From an uncultured virus (IMG/VR IMGVR_UViG_3300028591_000091) (taxonomy: Duplodnaviria; Heunggongvirae; Uroviricota; Caudoviricetes), in IMG/VR virus record IMGVR_UViG_3300028591_000091: DNA of 64,000 nt; one strand, 5' to 3'. Position numbers and translations under genes: made by a program. The notes beneath the pieces were generated by a model, which saw only the letters and a list, made by a program, of their open reading frames with translations, searched no databases and was not told where the DNA came from. Below are positions 41,254-50,022 of the stretch, piece by piece. Positions within the stretch are counted from its first letter, which is position 1, and each line of letters begins with the position of its first letter.

Positions 41254-41531
41254 TTCTTTTTCATTTCCCTATATCGTTTCAATACCTCTTCGCAAAAATC
41301 TTCTTCACTCGTAAACTTTTCTTTCTCATGCCAATTTTCCAATGTGAGTTTATCATGCAAATCTACTATTTTCCTTACGTCCTCCCAAGTAAGTTCCAAG
41401 TCTTTCTCTGCTTGCTCATACCCTTGTTGATATATGATTCTTTTAACTACATTTAAATCATAAGAACCACGACTATCCCCATCAATTTTCAGAGGAAACA
41501 CTTCTAATGCTCTATCTTCTGCCTGACTCAT
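41250..41531 (-). CDS. hypothetical protein
   Basis: GYEQAEKD family. Confidence 0.65.
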   Translation of the reverse strand: MSQAEDRALEVFPLKIDGDSRGSYDLNVVKRIIYQQGYEQAEKDLELTWEDVRKIVDLHDKLTLENWHEKEKFTSEEDFCEEVLKRYREMKKK

Positions 41532-41757
41532 CTTTCATTGACATTATAAGTTTATAATCCTCAACTAATTCATCTGTACCTAAATACCTCTCTTTATTAA
41601 AATAGTATTTTTTAGCGTGCTTTGTAAGCCAGTCTACCGTTTCTTCAATCACCTCTTCCCTTGCAATCTCCACAGCCCTTAAAGCATGTTGATCACAAAG
41701 ATGCCCATTTTCATCGCTTACAAGTTCTATATACCTTTCTGCTTTGCTCATAATCAT
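41512..41757 (-). CDS. hypothetical protein
   Basis: AVEIAREE family. Confidence 0.65.
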   Translation of the reverse strand: MIMSKAERYIELVSDENGHLCDQHALRAVEIAREEVIEETVDWLTKHAKKYYFNKERYLGTDELVEDYKLIMSMKDESGRR

Positions 41758-42368
41758 TCGTCTTTTATAATTAACATCTTAACCCTATCACCCTCATCTA
41801 TATTGTAGATGTTTTCAGTTTCATCAACATTAAGACTTAAACCATTTGGCATCCAATAGCCAACTACCATATCAACGGCATCTTTCATCATCTGCTCTTT
41901 CATCTTCTCCATACCTGCAAGCATAGCGTGGTCTTCGGCAAGTTCAATGGTGGACTGGTCTTTCTTTTTCTGTAACTTCATTCCATACTCGATAGCATCT
42001 ATAAATGTAGGTGTACGATTGTCCTCTTTCAGATGTTGTGTTACAAAGTCAGACTCCATTTGTGCTTGTTCTTCGGTTAGTGCATCACAATGAGCAAGAC
42101 GATTATTTTCAAATTGTTCTTTTTGCCATTCAGCACCAGCCTTGAAATCACATGCTGATTCGTTTGCTCCTATTGTTGTCATAGGATGTTTCTTCGTACC
42201 ATATTTCTTTGCCACTACTTCCAACTCCTCACTTATAGGCTCTTCTTTAAAATCTTTGACAACTGCAAGTATTGTATTCAAAACATCTTTCTTTGATATT
42301 GTTGAATTATGAAGTCCTGCATTACACAGTCTTGCAACCTCTTCACGGATTTTTTGTACTTTGTCCAT
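41754..42368 (-). CDS. hypothetical protein (DKVQKIREEV family)
   Basis: KDQSTIELAEDHAMLAGME shared with 37236. Confidence 0.7.
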   Translation of the reverse strand: MDKVQKIREEVARLCNAGLHNSTISKKDVLNTILAVVKDFKEEPISEELEVVAKKYGTKKHPMTTIGANESACDFKAGAEWQKEQFENNRLAHCDALTEEQAQMESDFVTQHLKEDNRTPTFIDAIEYGMKLQKKKDQSTIELAEDHAMLAGMEKMKEQMMKDAVDMVVGYWMPNGLSLNVDETENIYNIDEGDRVKMLIIKDE

Positions 42369-42762
42369 ATCATTCTCCTTTCATAAAGTTTTTGAAGTCA
42401 TCAATAAATTTTGCGGTTGGGAAACCTAACCTATCACTACATTCGTAAACACGATGATAGATGTTATCCTTCAACCACTCACAAGCCTTCTCAATAAAGG
42501 CATCAGTGATTCAACTACATCATTAGACTCTCTTTTTGAGTAGATGTCAAGAATACCACATTTATCACACTCTCCGAAATACAATTTCTCTGGTGCTTCA
42601 TTTGTTTTCATAATTCAATAATGTCTCAAAAATTAGGGTCATGCCAGGGATATTTGTAACTATTACTCTGTAATGCAAGTTGCATCATTATATCAAGCAT
42701 TAACTGTTTGTTTTGATATTCAACCGCGCTTTGTCTATTATTAAATATGATTCCGTCTATTA

Positions 42763-42987
42763 TCATCCCATCACTTCCTTTATTTCTTCGTTAAACTGTC
42801 TATTTATCTCTCTGCGCCACTTGTTCTTGAGCATGCGTCTATATGCCCTACGACTATTCTTAGAGTTAAGACATTTACCAATCGGCATACCGCAATAATA
42901 CCTATGTCCATAATAGATTTTCCAAGCAATATTCATATTATCAGATTCAAACTTAGATTTCATAATGTTCTTTACGTTTGCTTTCAT
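42763..42987 (-). CDS. small basic hypothetical protein
   Basis: 74 aa ORF. Confidence 0.5.
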   Translation of the reverse strand: MKANVKNIMKSKFESDNMNIAWKIYYGHRYYCGMPIGKCLNSKNSRRAYRRMLKNKWRREINRQFNEEIKEVMG

Positions 42988-43150
42988 AACTCTATTTGTT
43001 TAATTTTACCGCATTTATTACAAATAAGTGTCTGAACAATTTTATAAGGTCTTTTACTGCGATCAGATTCATAAACGGATACTTCATTATGTACTTTCCA
43101 ATCATGATGGCATGAAATCTTTGTCAATAAATCATTTAAAAATCCCATAA

Positions 43151-44209
43151 CTATTCCTCCCTTAATTTCTTTAAGTCTTGATACAATGACGTCAGTTCTG
43201 CGCCTTCGTAATTATTCTGCTCGGCATACTTATAGAGAATTTCCATCTGCTCATCACTCGGTTTCCAAGTGTATTTTTCTTTGATGGATTTGAGCTTATT
43301 TTTTATTTCTTCAATTTCTTGGAAATCGCTTGATAATTGTGGATAATTATCTTGTTCGTTATCTAATAGACAAAATAATCTTTCAATAATATATTCACCC
43401 TCTCTACTCCAAGACGGCTTCTGCTCAATCTTCTTTAATTTTTTCTTTTCAGTATCCCATTCATACCCCGATTCATACATCTTTTGAAACAAGAGTTCGC
43501 GTTGTTCTTTGGTAGCTGGATGAACATACTTACTATCTACAGTTGCTGTATCTGACATATTAAATTCAATATCGTAAGAACAATACATATATACATCATC
43601 GTTGTCATTTGATTTAAACATAAAGTGAACCGAATCTGTAGTAAGCACATCACCGTCTTTTGCATCTTGGATAGTCCAAAGATGTGAGATATTATCAAAA
43701 GATTTGATACTATATGAACACACCTTATTATCAGCATCAGTAATCGTGTACATTAAAGAGTTTTCCCCTTGATATATTCTGTCTATATGGCACACTATAT
43801 TGTTATCATACACAACCCAATCTCCAACTTTGAATTTAGGTTTAGTACCATCAGATTTCTGTTTTTCAAGGGTTATCCTAACACCTTCGTTAAATCCCCT
43901 CTGATAAGCTTCATCTATTTCTTTTCTATAAGAATCTACATTTCCTGCGAATTCTTTTTCTTCATTAGTAAGAATATCAACCTTCCTTTGTTCATTAAGC
44001 CATTTTTCCATTTGGCATCTTTCATGATTAGTGGAATGCTGTTTTACAAGTTTGATAATAGATAATCTTATTCTTTCATCCTGGCTTTCTTTAAGTATAG
44101 GAAATAATTTTTCAAGAAATTTTTTCTCTTTATCAGTAATTGAAAGATCATAATATCTGTTTCTTGCTAACTCGAATTTTTCTTCGTATTTTTTCTTATA
44201 ATTTTCCAT
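43151..44209 (-). CDS. mosaic phage protein (WTIQDAKDGD family)
   Basis: Modules shared with 14213 and 38477; promoter-like motif upstream. Confidence 0.75.
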   Translation of the reverse strand: MENYKKKYEEKFELARNRYYDLSITDKEKKFLEKLFPILKESQDERIRLSIIKLVKQHSTNHERCQMEKWLNEQRKVDILTNEEKEFAGNVDSYRKEIDEAYQRGFNEGVRITLEKQKSDGTKPKFKVGDWVVYDNNIVCHIDRIYQGENSLMYTITDADNKVCSYSIKSFDNISHLWTIQDAKDGDVLTTDSVHFMFKSNDNDDVYMYCSYDIEFNMSDTATVDSKYVHPATKEQRELLFQKMYESGYEWDTEKKKLKKIEQKPSWSREGEYIIERLFCLLDNEQDNYPQLSSDFQEIEEIKNKLKSIKEKYTWKPSDEQMEILYKYAEQNNYEGAELTSLYQDLKKLREE

Positions 44210-44260
44210 ATAAAATATAGATTATATATATAAGGCTTATAGACTTATTTCCTTATATAT

Positions 44261-45259
44261 ATGAAAATAACAGAATTTAAAGATCTAATTCCGTATATTG
44301 GAAGAGTAGTATGTTGGTGTTTTGGAGAAGAAAAAGAATACCCTTACATAAATAATATTATAACATATATTAAAAAAGTATCAAAAGAACTTAGTATAGA
44401 TTATGATAGTCTTTATAATGACTTAAAATCTAACCTTTCTTACTATTATTCAGATCCACACTTAGGGCCTATGAAATCTCAGAGGATGTTTACTCATGTT
44501 ATAAACGATTCTCAGGTTCTTTGGTATACAGAAGTGGAGTGGAATGAAAAAGATGGGAGTATAATAAGAAAAACATTAAAGAAAGTTGTTGCTCGACTTG
44601 AAATGTCTCTTCTTTATAAAATGCCTTTTAGTGGTAAAATAGAGGGAGAGTTAAAGCCAGCAATAGATTATCGGAGTCCTGATGAATCAGTAAAGATTAA
44701 AGATTCTATCAGATTTTACTCAGCTGCAGATTCCTCAAACTATATTTCCCAAAGTTATGAAATTTGGAAATTTCCTGAGCAGGTGGCAATATTTACAACA
44801 GAAGAGGAAGCAAAAACTTATATAGATTCTCTAAAACCTAAAGAAATTAAGGTGAAGAAAAAGAAGAGCAATGCCTATGAAAATTTCTTAAAGGAAGCTG
44901 AAAAATTAGAACCAGATCAGATACGAGAATTAATAGTAGAGCTTGAAGGGATATATGACAAGAAAATTGATAAACTTAACCTAGATCCTCTCTCAATTGC
45001 CCTTACCTATAAAGGAAGTGCCACAGAAATTGATTCTTATATTATAGGAGGAGAAACAGCGACTAGGGATTGGATAAATAAAAATATGGATCCCCGTCGA
45101 TATGAAACAATCGAATATGAGGATATCTTAGATCAAATCTTAGTAGAATATGATGAGAATATTGAATGGAAAGATATTACAGAGGAAGATCAAGAAGTTA
45201 TTCAAGAGATCGCCGATTATTTGAAAAATGGTTGTAAAGGTTTTAAATGGGATTGGTAA
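44261..45259 (+). CDS. hypothetical protein
   Basis: 332 aa; CCTTATA at 44251. Confidence 0.75.
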   Translation: MKITEFKDLIPYIGRVVCWCFGEEKEYPYINNIITYIKKVSKELSIDYDSLYNDLKSNLSYYYSDPHLGPMKSQRMFTHVINDSQVLWYTEVEWNEKDGSIIRKTLKKVVARLEMSLLYKMPFSGKIEGELKPAIDYRSPDESVKIKDSIRFYSAADSSNYISQSYEIWKFPEQVAIFTTEEEAKTYIDSLKPKEIKVKKKKSNAYENFLKEAEKLEPDQIRELIVELEGIYDKKIDKLNLDPLSIALTYKGSATEIDSYIIGGETATRDWINKNMDPRRYETIEYEDILDQILVEYDENIEWKDITEEDQEVIQEIADYLKNGCKGFKWDW

Positions 45260-45260
45260 T

Positions 45261-46160
45261 ATGACACTTTATGAATTTTTAATGCAAAGCCCAAAGGAAA
45301 TACAGAAGGCATTTAGAGAAAAAGATTGGTTTGACACTTATCATAAAGTTCCATTAGATATTCCAAGTTGGTGTAAATGTTTTGGACTTACACCAGACCC
45401 TAGAATTGTCTACTATGGAAATTGTAGAGATATATATTTCCATATTAAAGAAGAAATTCCTGGCAGTTGGTTTGGGAGTATTGGATATGAACTTAACCTT
45501 AGTGTAACAGGAAGAAATCATAAAATTGTTGTTCACTTTCTAGGATTTGGTGATGATTGTTCTACATCAAATAGCCCAGAAATAGGAAAGGATAAATATG
45601 TTCCCGGTTTTAATCCTAAAAAAGATACTGCATGTTATAATGACCTTGGCTTTGATATAGAACCGGCCATGTTTTCAGATGGTTATAAACAGGACGAGAA
45701 GTATAAAATATATACATGGAAGGATGAAACACCAATTAAAGAATATCATGACAGACTTATAAAAATCTGTAAAGATATTGAACCTTATTTTAAAGAAGTT
45801 TACGAGTCTTTTCATTCAGGATCTTTTAAGAAACTTTGGAAGAAATATTATACCAGAGAACTGAGGAAAGGTGATATGACTAATGCCGGTTTTGGAGTTG
45901 GTCTTAGAGGTTTAGTCTGTATTATGTATTTTGGAGAACATATATTAGGAAGAAAAACTAGTCTAGAGGAAGCTGTTGCATTGTCATCAATAGTTTATGA
46001 TGACATGGGTTGGGTCCCTTGGAGCGTTAGAAAGAAAAATCCTAAAGAAGAGGAGAAACTTATAAATAATATTATGTTCTATTCTAGAGGCGGCTTTTTT
46101 GACGAGGACCTCAAAACATTAACAATAGAAAAATTTGAAAACATGATAAAATTAAAGTAG
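45261..46160 (+). CDS. hypothetical protein
   Basis: ORF 45228-46160; likely ATG at 45261 just after the previous stop. Confidence 0.7.
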   Translation: MTLYEFLMQSPKEIQKAFREKDWFDTYHKVPLDIPSWCKCFGLTPDPRIVYYGNCRDIYFHIKEEIPGSWFGSIGYELNLSVTGRNHKIVVHFLGFGDDCSTSNSPEIGKDKYVPGFNPKKDTACYNDLGFDIEPAMFSDGYKQDEKYKIYTWKDETPIKEYHDRLIKICKDIEPYFKEVYESFHSGSFKKLWKKYYTRELRKGDMTNAGFGVGLRGLVCIMYFGEHILGRKTSLEEAVALSSIVYDDMGWVPWSVRKKNPKEEEKLINNIMFYSRGGFFDEDLKTLTIEKFENMIKLK

Positions 46161-46183
46161 GAGAATAAACTCCTACTTTTTTT
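46155..46183. terminator. bidirectional terminator
   Basis: AAGTAGGAG-CTCCTACTT plus T tract. Confidence 0.6.
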
Positions 46184-46392
46184 AATCCTCACCTCTTTCA
46201 TTATCAGCCCCGTTTGAAAAACCTATATTATAAATCTCTTCAAACATCCTAGCAACCTCTGTCATATTCTTTTTTTTTTAATCCCTAACCTTTTAAGTCT
46301 AGGAACATATACATCATTAAAAAGATCATTAGGACCATTTTCTCCAAAATAATCTCCTGATCCAATGTAAAATCTATCTTTATTATTCATAG

Positions 46393-46812
46393 TTATAAAT
46401 AGATTTCTTTGTCAATACTTAATGATTTTAAAATATGCTGTAATTCATGAACATATAAAAGATCACATACTTTACAATAATTATTATTCCCCGTAGTAAT
46501 AAAGAATGAAAATAAATTATGACAGTTTTTCTTTATCATTATTTTATTATATATGAAATGATCTTTTTGTTGTTTATCAGTAAATCCAAATTTTTCCAAT
46601 ATTTCAGAAGCAAGAGGAATAGGTTTAATATACTTTAAATCTCTTGCTCCATTTGCAAGTGCGACCTTATTTGATGCATATGCAATATCATAAGACATCA
46701 TGGGCTTAATTACTCGGATTATATCTCCTCCAAGTACAGAAAGCACAGTAACTTGAACAGGCTCTCCTTCTGCCAAAATCCAGTCACCTACCATTAAATT
46801 TCTTGCTCTCAT
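46393..46812 (-). CDS. hypothetical phage protein
   Basis: LMVGDW...IKPIPL--EILEK-GF...YVHELQH pattern. Confidence 0.7.
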   Translation of the reverse strand: MRARNLMVGDWILAEGEPVQVTVLSVLGGDIIRVIKPMMSYDIAYASNKVALANGARDLKYIKPIPLASEILEKFGFTDKQQKDHFIYNKIMIKKNCHNLFSFFITTGNNNYCKVCDLLYVHELQHILKSLSIDKEIYL

Positions 46813-47177
46813 CGTAAATATTTTAAATAATAAACAAAACAGTCAAAGAAATCAGAAAAACTAATTATTTTAAGCTTTGAAAATTTATATGTTGTAATAT
46901 TCCATTTTGAATCTACAAAAGATAAATTATCCCTCATCTCCCCCTTCAAACTTAGAAACAACTTTGAAAAAGACCAAGCTGGAAATATATCAATCTCATA
47001 CTCATCAAATCCCACTAAACCTCTCTTTCTTAAAGTGTTAACTGAATCTATCCAATTTATATTGTCAAGCTGATATTCATCTTTTCCCTTCAGCTTCCAA
47101 TGTATCATGTCTGCACTTTCACGGAGTATCCCAAGCTTTATAAGACGCTTTCCTTGCTCAATTGTTGTTGCTATCAT
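46809..47177 (-). CDS. hypothetical protein (TTIEQ/ESADM/PAWS family)
   Basis: Distant paralog of 33098 and 40071. Confidence 0.65.
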   Translation of the reverse strand: MIATTIEQGKRLIKLGILRESADMIHWKLKGKDEYQLDNINWIDSVNTLRKRGLVGFDEYEIDIFPAWSFSKLFLSLKGEMRDNLSFVDSKWNITTYKFSKLKIISFSDFFDCFVYYLKYLR

Positions 47178-47222
47178 ATTTAATTATTTTTTTTATTATA
47201 TCAAACCACCCTTCCATTTGTA

Positions 47223-47561
47223 TCATAATTCGCTATCCTCTATAAGCTTCTGTTTATATTTTTCAAGACTCTTAATATCTCTATTAATTCTTTCTATAAC
47301 ATCTTCTTTGTTGAAATAAACAGCAGCAGCATACATTCCAAAAGAAGTAGTTGTTGATTCCAAAGTATTAGATGCTTGAACAGATTCATAATATGATTTT
47401 GGTTTTGATCCATACCGATCATATCCAATTCGATAATTATAACTCAACGGATGATTAGGATTAAACCCCTCAATATAAGTTACTGTAAATTTTTCAGGTC
47501 CACCTGAAGTATCATACACCCATACAGTATCTCCCACTTTAATGTCTTTAAGTCTCTTCAT
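47223..47561 (-). CDS. hypothetical protein (paralog of 61874)
   Basis: KDIKVGD-V-VYD N-terminus shared. Confidence 0.65.
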   Translation of the reverse strand: MKRLKDIKVGDTVWVYDTSGGPEKFTVTYIEGFNPNHPLSYNYRIGYDRYGSKPKSYYESVQASNTLESTTTSFGMYAAAVYFNKEDVIERINRDIKSLEKYKQKLIEDSEL

Positions 47562-47763
47562 CTATAAGCCCTATTAGTTTCCACACAAAATCAGCTTTAG
47601 CATGACATCTTGCACTTTGAAATTGTCCCTGTATCCACCCCTCTTCCCTCCATGCTCGATCTCCTCTATATCCCTCCTCTCGAAATTGATTGAATACTTT
47701 TTCTAGATCTTCCCTTGAAATCCATATACCATTGTTCTCAACTTTATAATTTTCAAGTTCCAT
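47548..47763 (-). CDS. hypothetical protein
   Basis: 71 aa operon ORF. Confidence 0.55.
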   Translation of the reverse strand: MELENYKVENNGIWISREDLEKVFNQFREEGYRGDRAWREEGWIQGQFQSARCHAKADFVWKLIGLIDEET

Positions 47764-47765
47764 TT

Positions 47766-48194
47766 CTATTTTATTTTATATATCCCCTCCTTAGCCTCTA
47801 ATGCAAGACCTTTTGGAATTAAGCCCAACCAATCTAAGTGATGAGAAAATATAAACTTCATTAGGTCCGACACTTTACTAAACTCCACCCAACTACTATC
47901 CGTCGGTAAAGGTGTATTCTCAATGCAACAGAAATTTGCAAACTCTACTTTCTCCTTTTCTGTCATTGAAGACATAGAGCGAAGAAGTGGTTTAATATCG
48001 AGGTTAAAAGATCTATAGTCTACTCCCTTTACATTAACCAAACTTGATCCCGTATTAGAAATTTCAATCAAGACTCCAATAAGATTTTCATAAGTCTTCT
48101 CTTTAGAATTCGGAACCCTGATCTCAACTTTTACTCCATAAAATAATCTGGGACATAAATCTTTTAATAATAAATTTTTCTCTTCTTGTATCAT
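47766..48194 (-). CDS. MTQEEK/KPYLRPMSSM family protein
   Basis: Paralog of 30306. Confidence 0.75.
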   Translation of the reverse strand: MIQEEKNLLLKDLCPRLFYGVKVEIRVPNSKEKTYENLIGVLIEISNTGSSLVNVKGVDYRSFNLDIKPLLRSMSSMTEKEKVEFANFCCIENTPLPTDSSWVEFSKVSDLMKFIFSHHLDWLGLIPKGLALEAKEGIYKIK

Positions 48195-48461
48195 ATTAAT
48201 TTTTTATATATTATATAAGGCAATAAAGAGGGGACTTTAATTCCCCTCACTTTTATAATATAGTAGTTTCAAAAATCATTATTTAGACAATAATACTCCA
48301 AAAGGTATATAAGTTTGGCCTTTTTTAACGTTGTCTCTAATAACACAACTTCCATTCTTACACACCACTAATGCTTTGCTATAATCTTTATCTGCCACAG
48401 ACCACTTAAGCTCATTCCATCTTTATAACTTTCAAAATTAAATTCTCTAAATTTCATATTT

Positions 48462-48743
48462 TTATTCAATATAACCCTCGTCTAATATTACTTGAGGTTT
48501 GTCCACATTAGCCGTCAGGTTAGTATATTCTGTCCAATGTTCGATAGGATAGGTTTTACTTATGATTTTTGCAGCTTGCTCTATATAATCAACATACCTA
48601 CCTTTCCTATCTAAGAACAAAAAATGGACAAATGCATCTTTATCGTGAGCAGCAATAGAAAAAGCTTCATTCCTGCTATTTGCTGCTACTAGAATAATTC
48701 CACCTTCCCAACTTCCTTGTCTAATGCATCCAAAAACTTTCAT
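48462..48743 (-). CDS. hypothetical protein
   Basis: 93 aa. Confidence 0.6.
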   Translation of the reverse strand: MKVFGCIRQGSWEGGIILVAANSRNEAFSIAAHDKDAFVHFLFLDRKGRYVDYIEQAAKIISKTYPIEHWTEYTNLTANVDKPQVILDEGYIE

Positions 48744-49210
48744 TTATCTTCGGGATAATCAATGTAGTATATCTTCAGATCTTTGAAACGACATGCAAAA
48801 TTGTTTTTATTCTCCTCTATAAATTTTGTAAGCTCATCCTTAGTCATGTCGGAGAGGTTAGTCCCAATAAAATAAAGACCATCCGAAAGATAAGCTTCAT
48901 ACTCCCCATCATCCGTATAAAAATTACCTTCTCTAAATTCTTCGATGGTTAAGAATTCTGGGCGTTCATAAGTATTTCCCCAATCATAACGTTTAACCTT
49001 ATCCAAACATTTATATAGAGGTTTAGAATTGATAATAGTTTTTTCGATAGGCATGTAATCCTCTACCTGTTCATCTTCATCACCATCTTCTTCTTTTTCC
49101 ATAATGACAGAGGAACCTATAATGCTCACTAATCTCCAACCATCAGATCCCAATTCATTTACCCTACTTTCATTAAATTCAAGTTTCTTATATTTAAATT
49201 TCTTTTCCAT
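48740..49210 (-). CDS. hypothetical protein (DUF4177-like N-terminus)
   Basis: FKYK...NELGSDGWRLVSI pattern. Confidence 0.6.
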   Translation of the reverse strand: MEKKFKYKKLEFNESRVNELGSDGWRLVSIIGSSVIMEKEEDGDEDEQVEDYMPIEKTIINSKPLYKCLDKVKRYDWGNTYERPEFLTIEEFREGNFYTDDGEYEAYLSDGLYFIGTNLSDMTKDELTKFIEENKNNFACRFKDLKIYYIDYPEDK

Positions 49211-49380
49211 ACATTAATAAGGAATTCGCGCATATTTTAGGTTGGGGAAAAGAAGTCGTGTGTAAGGAAAAGGCGTACGCAAAAATAATACACGACTTAA
49301 TCAAAACCCCAACGATCTTTCATGCGCGGATAAAGAAGAGAAGATATACTAGAAAACTAATATACCTTCTCCCTATTTAT

Positions 49381-50022
49381 TTACATGATGCTTTCGAGTT
49401 CTTTCTTCAAGTTTATAATCCTGAAGAATCTATCCACACATTTCCAAGAGGTCAACCATCTTTGTTCTCTATCCTCTGGTTCATTAGATGTTCCATAAGA
49501 TATAAACAGGTCTTCTATTCCTACTACCGAATCTGCTAATATCTCTTTCAATGTTTCATTCCCAAGATATTCCTTAGCCTTCCCCGGTTCTAACTCCGCC
49601 AAACTAAGATGGGGAATGTAGGAAGAATATTCAGACTTAACCTCAAATTTTATACTCAGTCCTTTATTGATCAGAGACAGTACCTTAAAAAGTGGTGTCC
49701 CTTTTCGAAGTTTCAGGATCAAATAGTCAGTATCATTTTCAAAAGATCCAAGTTCGAAAAGGTCTAAGACGCTATAGAAATTATCTCCCTTGATCATTCC
49801 TTCAAGCCAATCCCAATCCTCTTTTCCTAAGATCTCCTTAATATCCCCTAACAATCCTTCACATTCTATCTTCTTTCCTTGTGAGTATAGTAAAGTAATG
49901 TGTGAGTCAAGTTCCACTCCAGTATCCTTAAGATCCTCCTCTTTGAAGACACAACCAAGACTAACAGGAGTGGTCAAGTTCATCGCCAGCATTAAACAGC
50001 TATTAATATCTTTCTTTTCCAT
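49381..50022 (-). CDS. 2H phosphoesterase (T4 gp57B/Acb1-like)
   Basis: Two HxT/S motifs: SHITLLYS and YIPHLSLA. Confidence 0.7.
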   Translation of the reverse strand: MEKKDINSCLMLAMNLTTPVSLGCVFKEEDLKDTGVELDSHITLLYSQGKKIECEGLLGDIKEILGKEDWDWLEGMIKGDNFYSVLDLFELGSFENDTDYLILKLRKGTPLFKVLSLINKGLSIKFEVKSEYSSYIPHLSLAELEPGKAKEYLGNETLKEILADSVVGIEDLFISYGTSNEPEDREQRWLTSWKCVDRFFRIINLKKELESIM

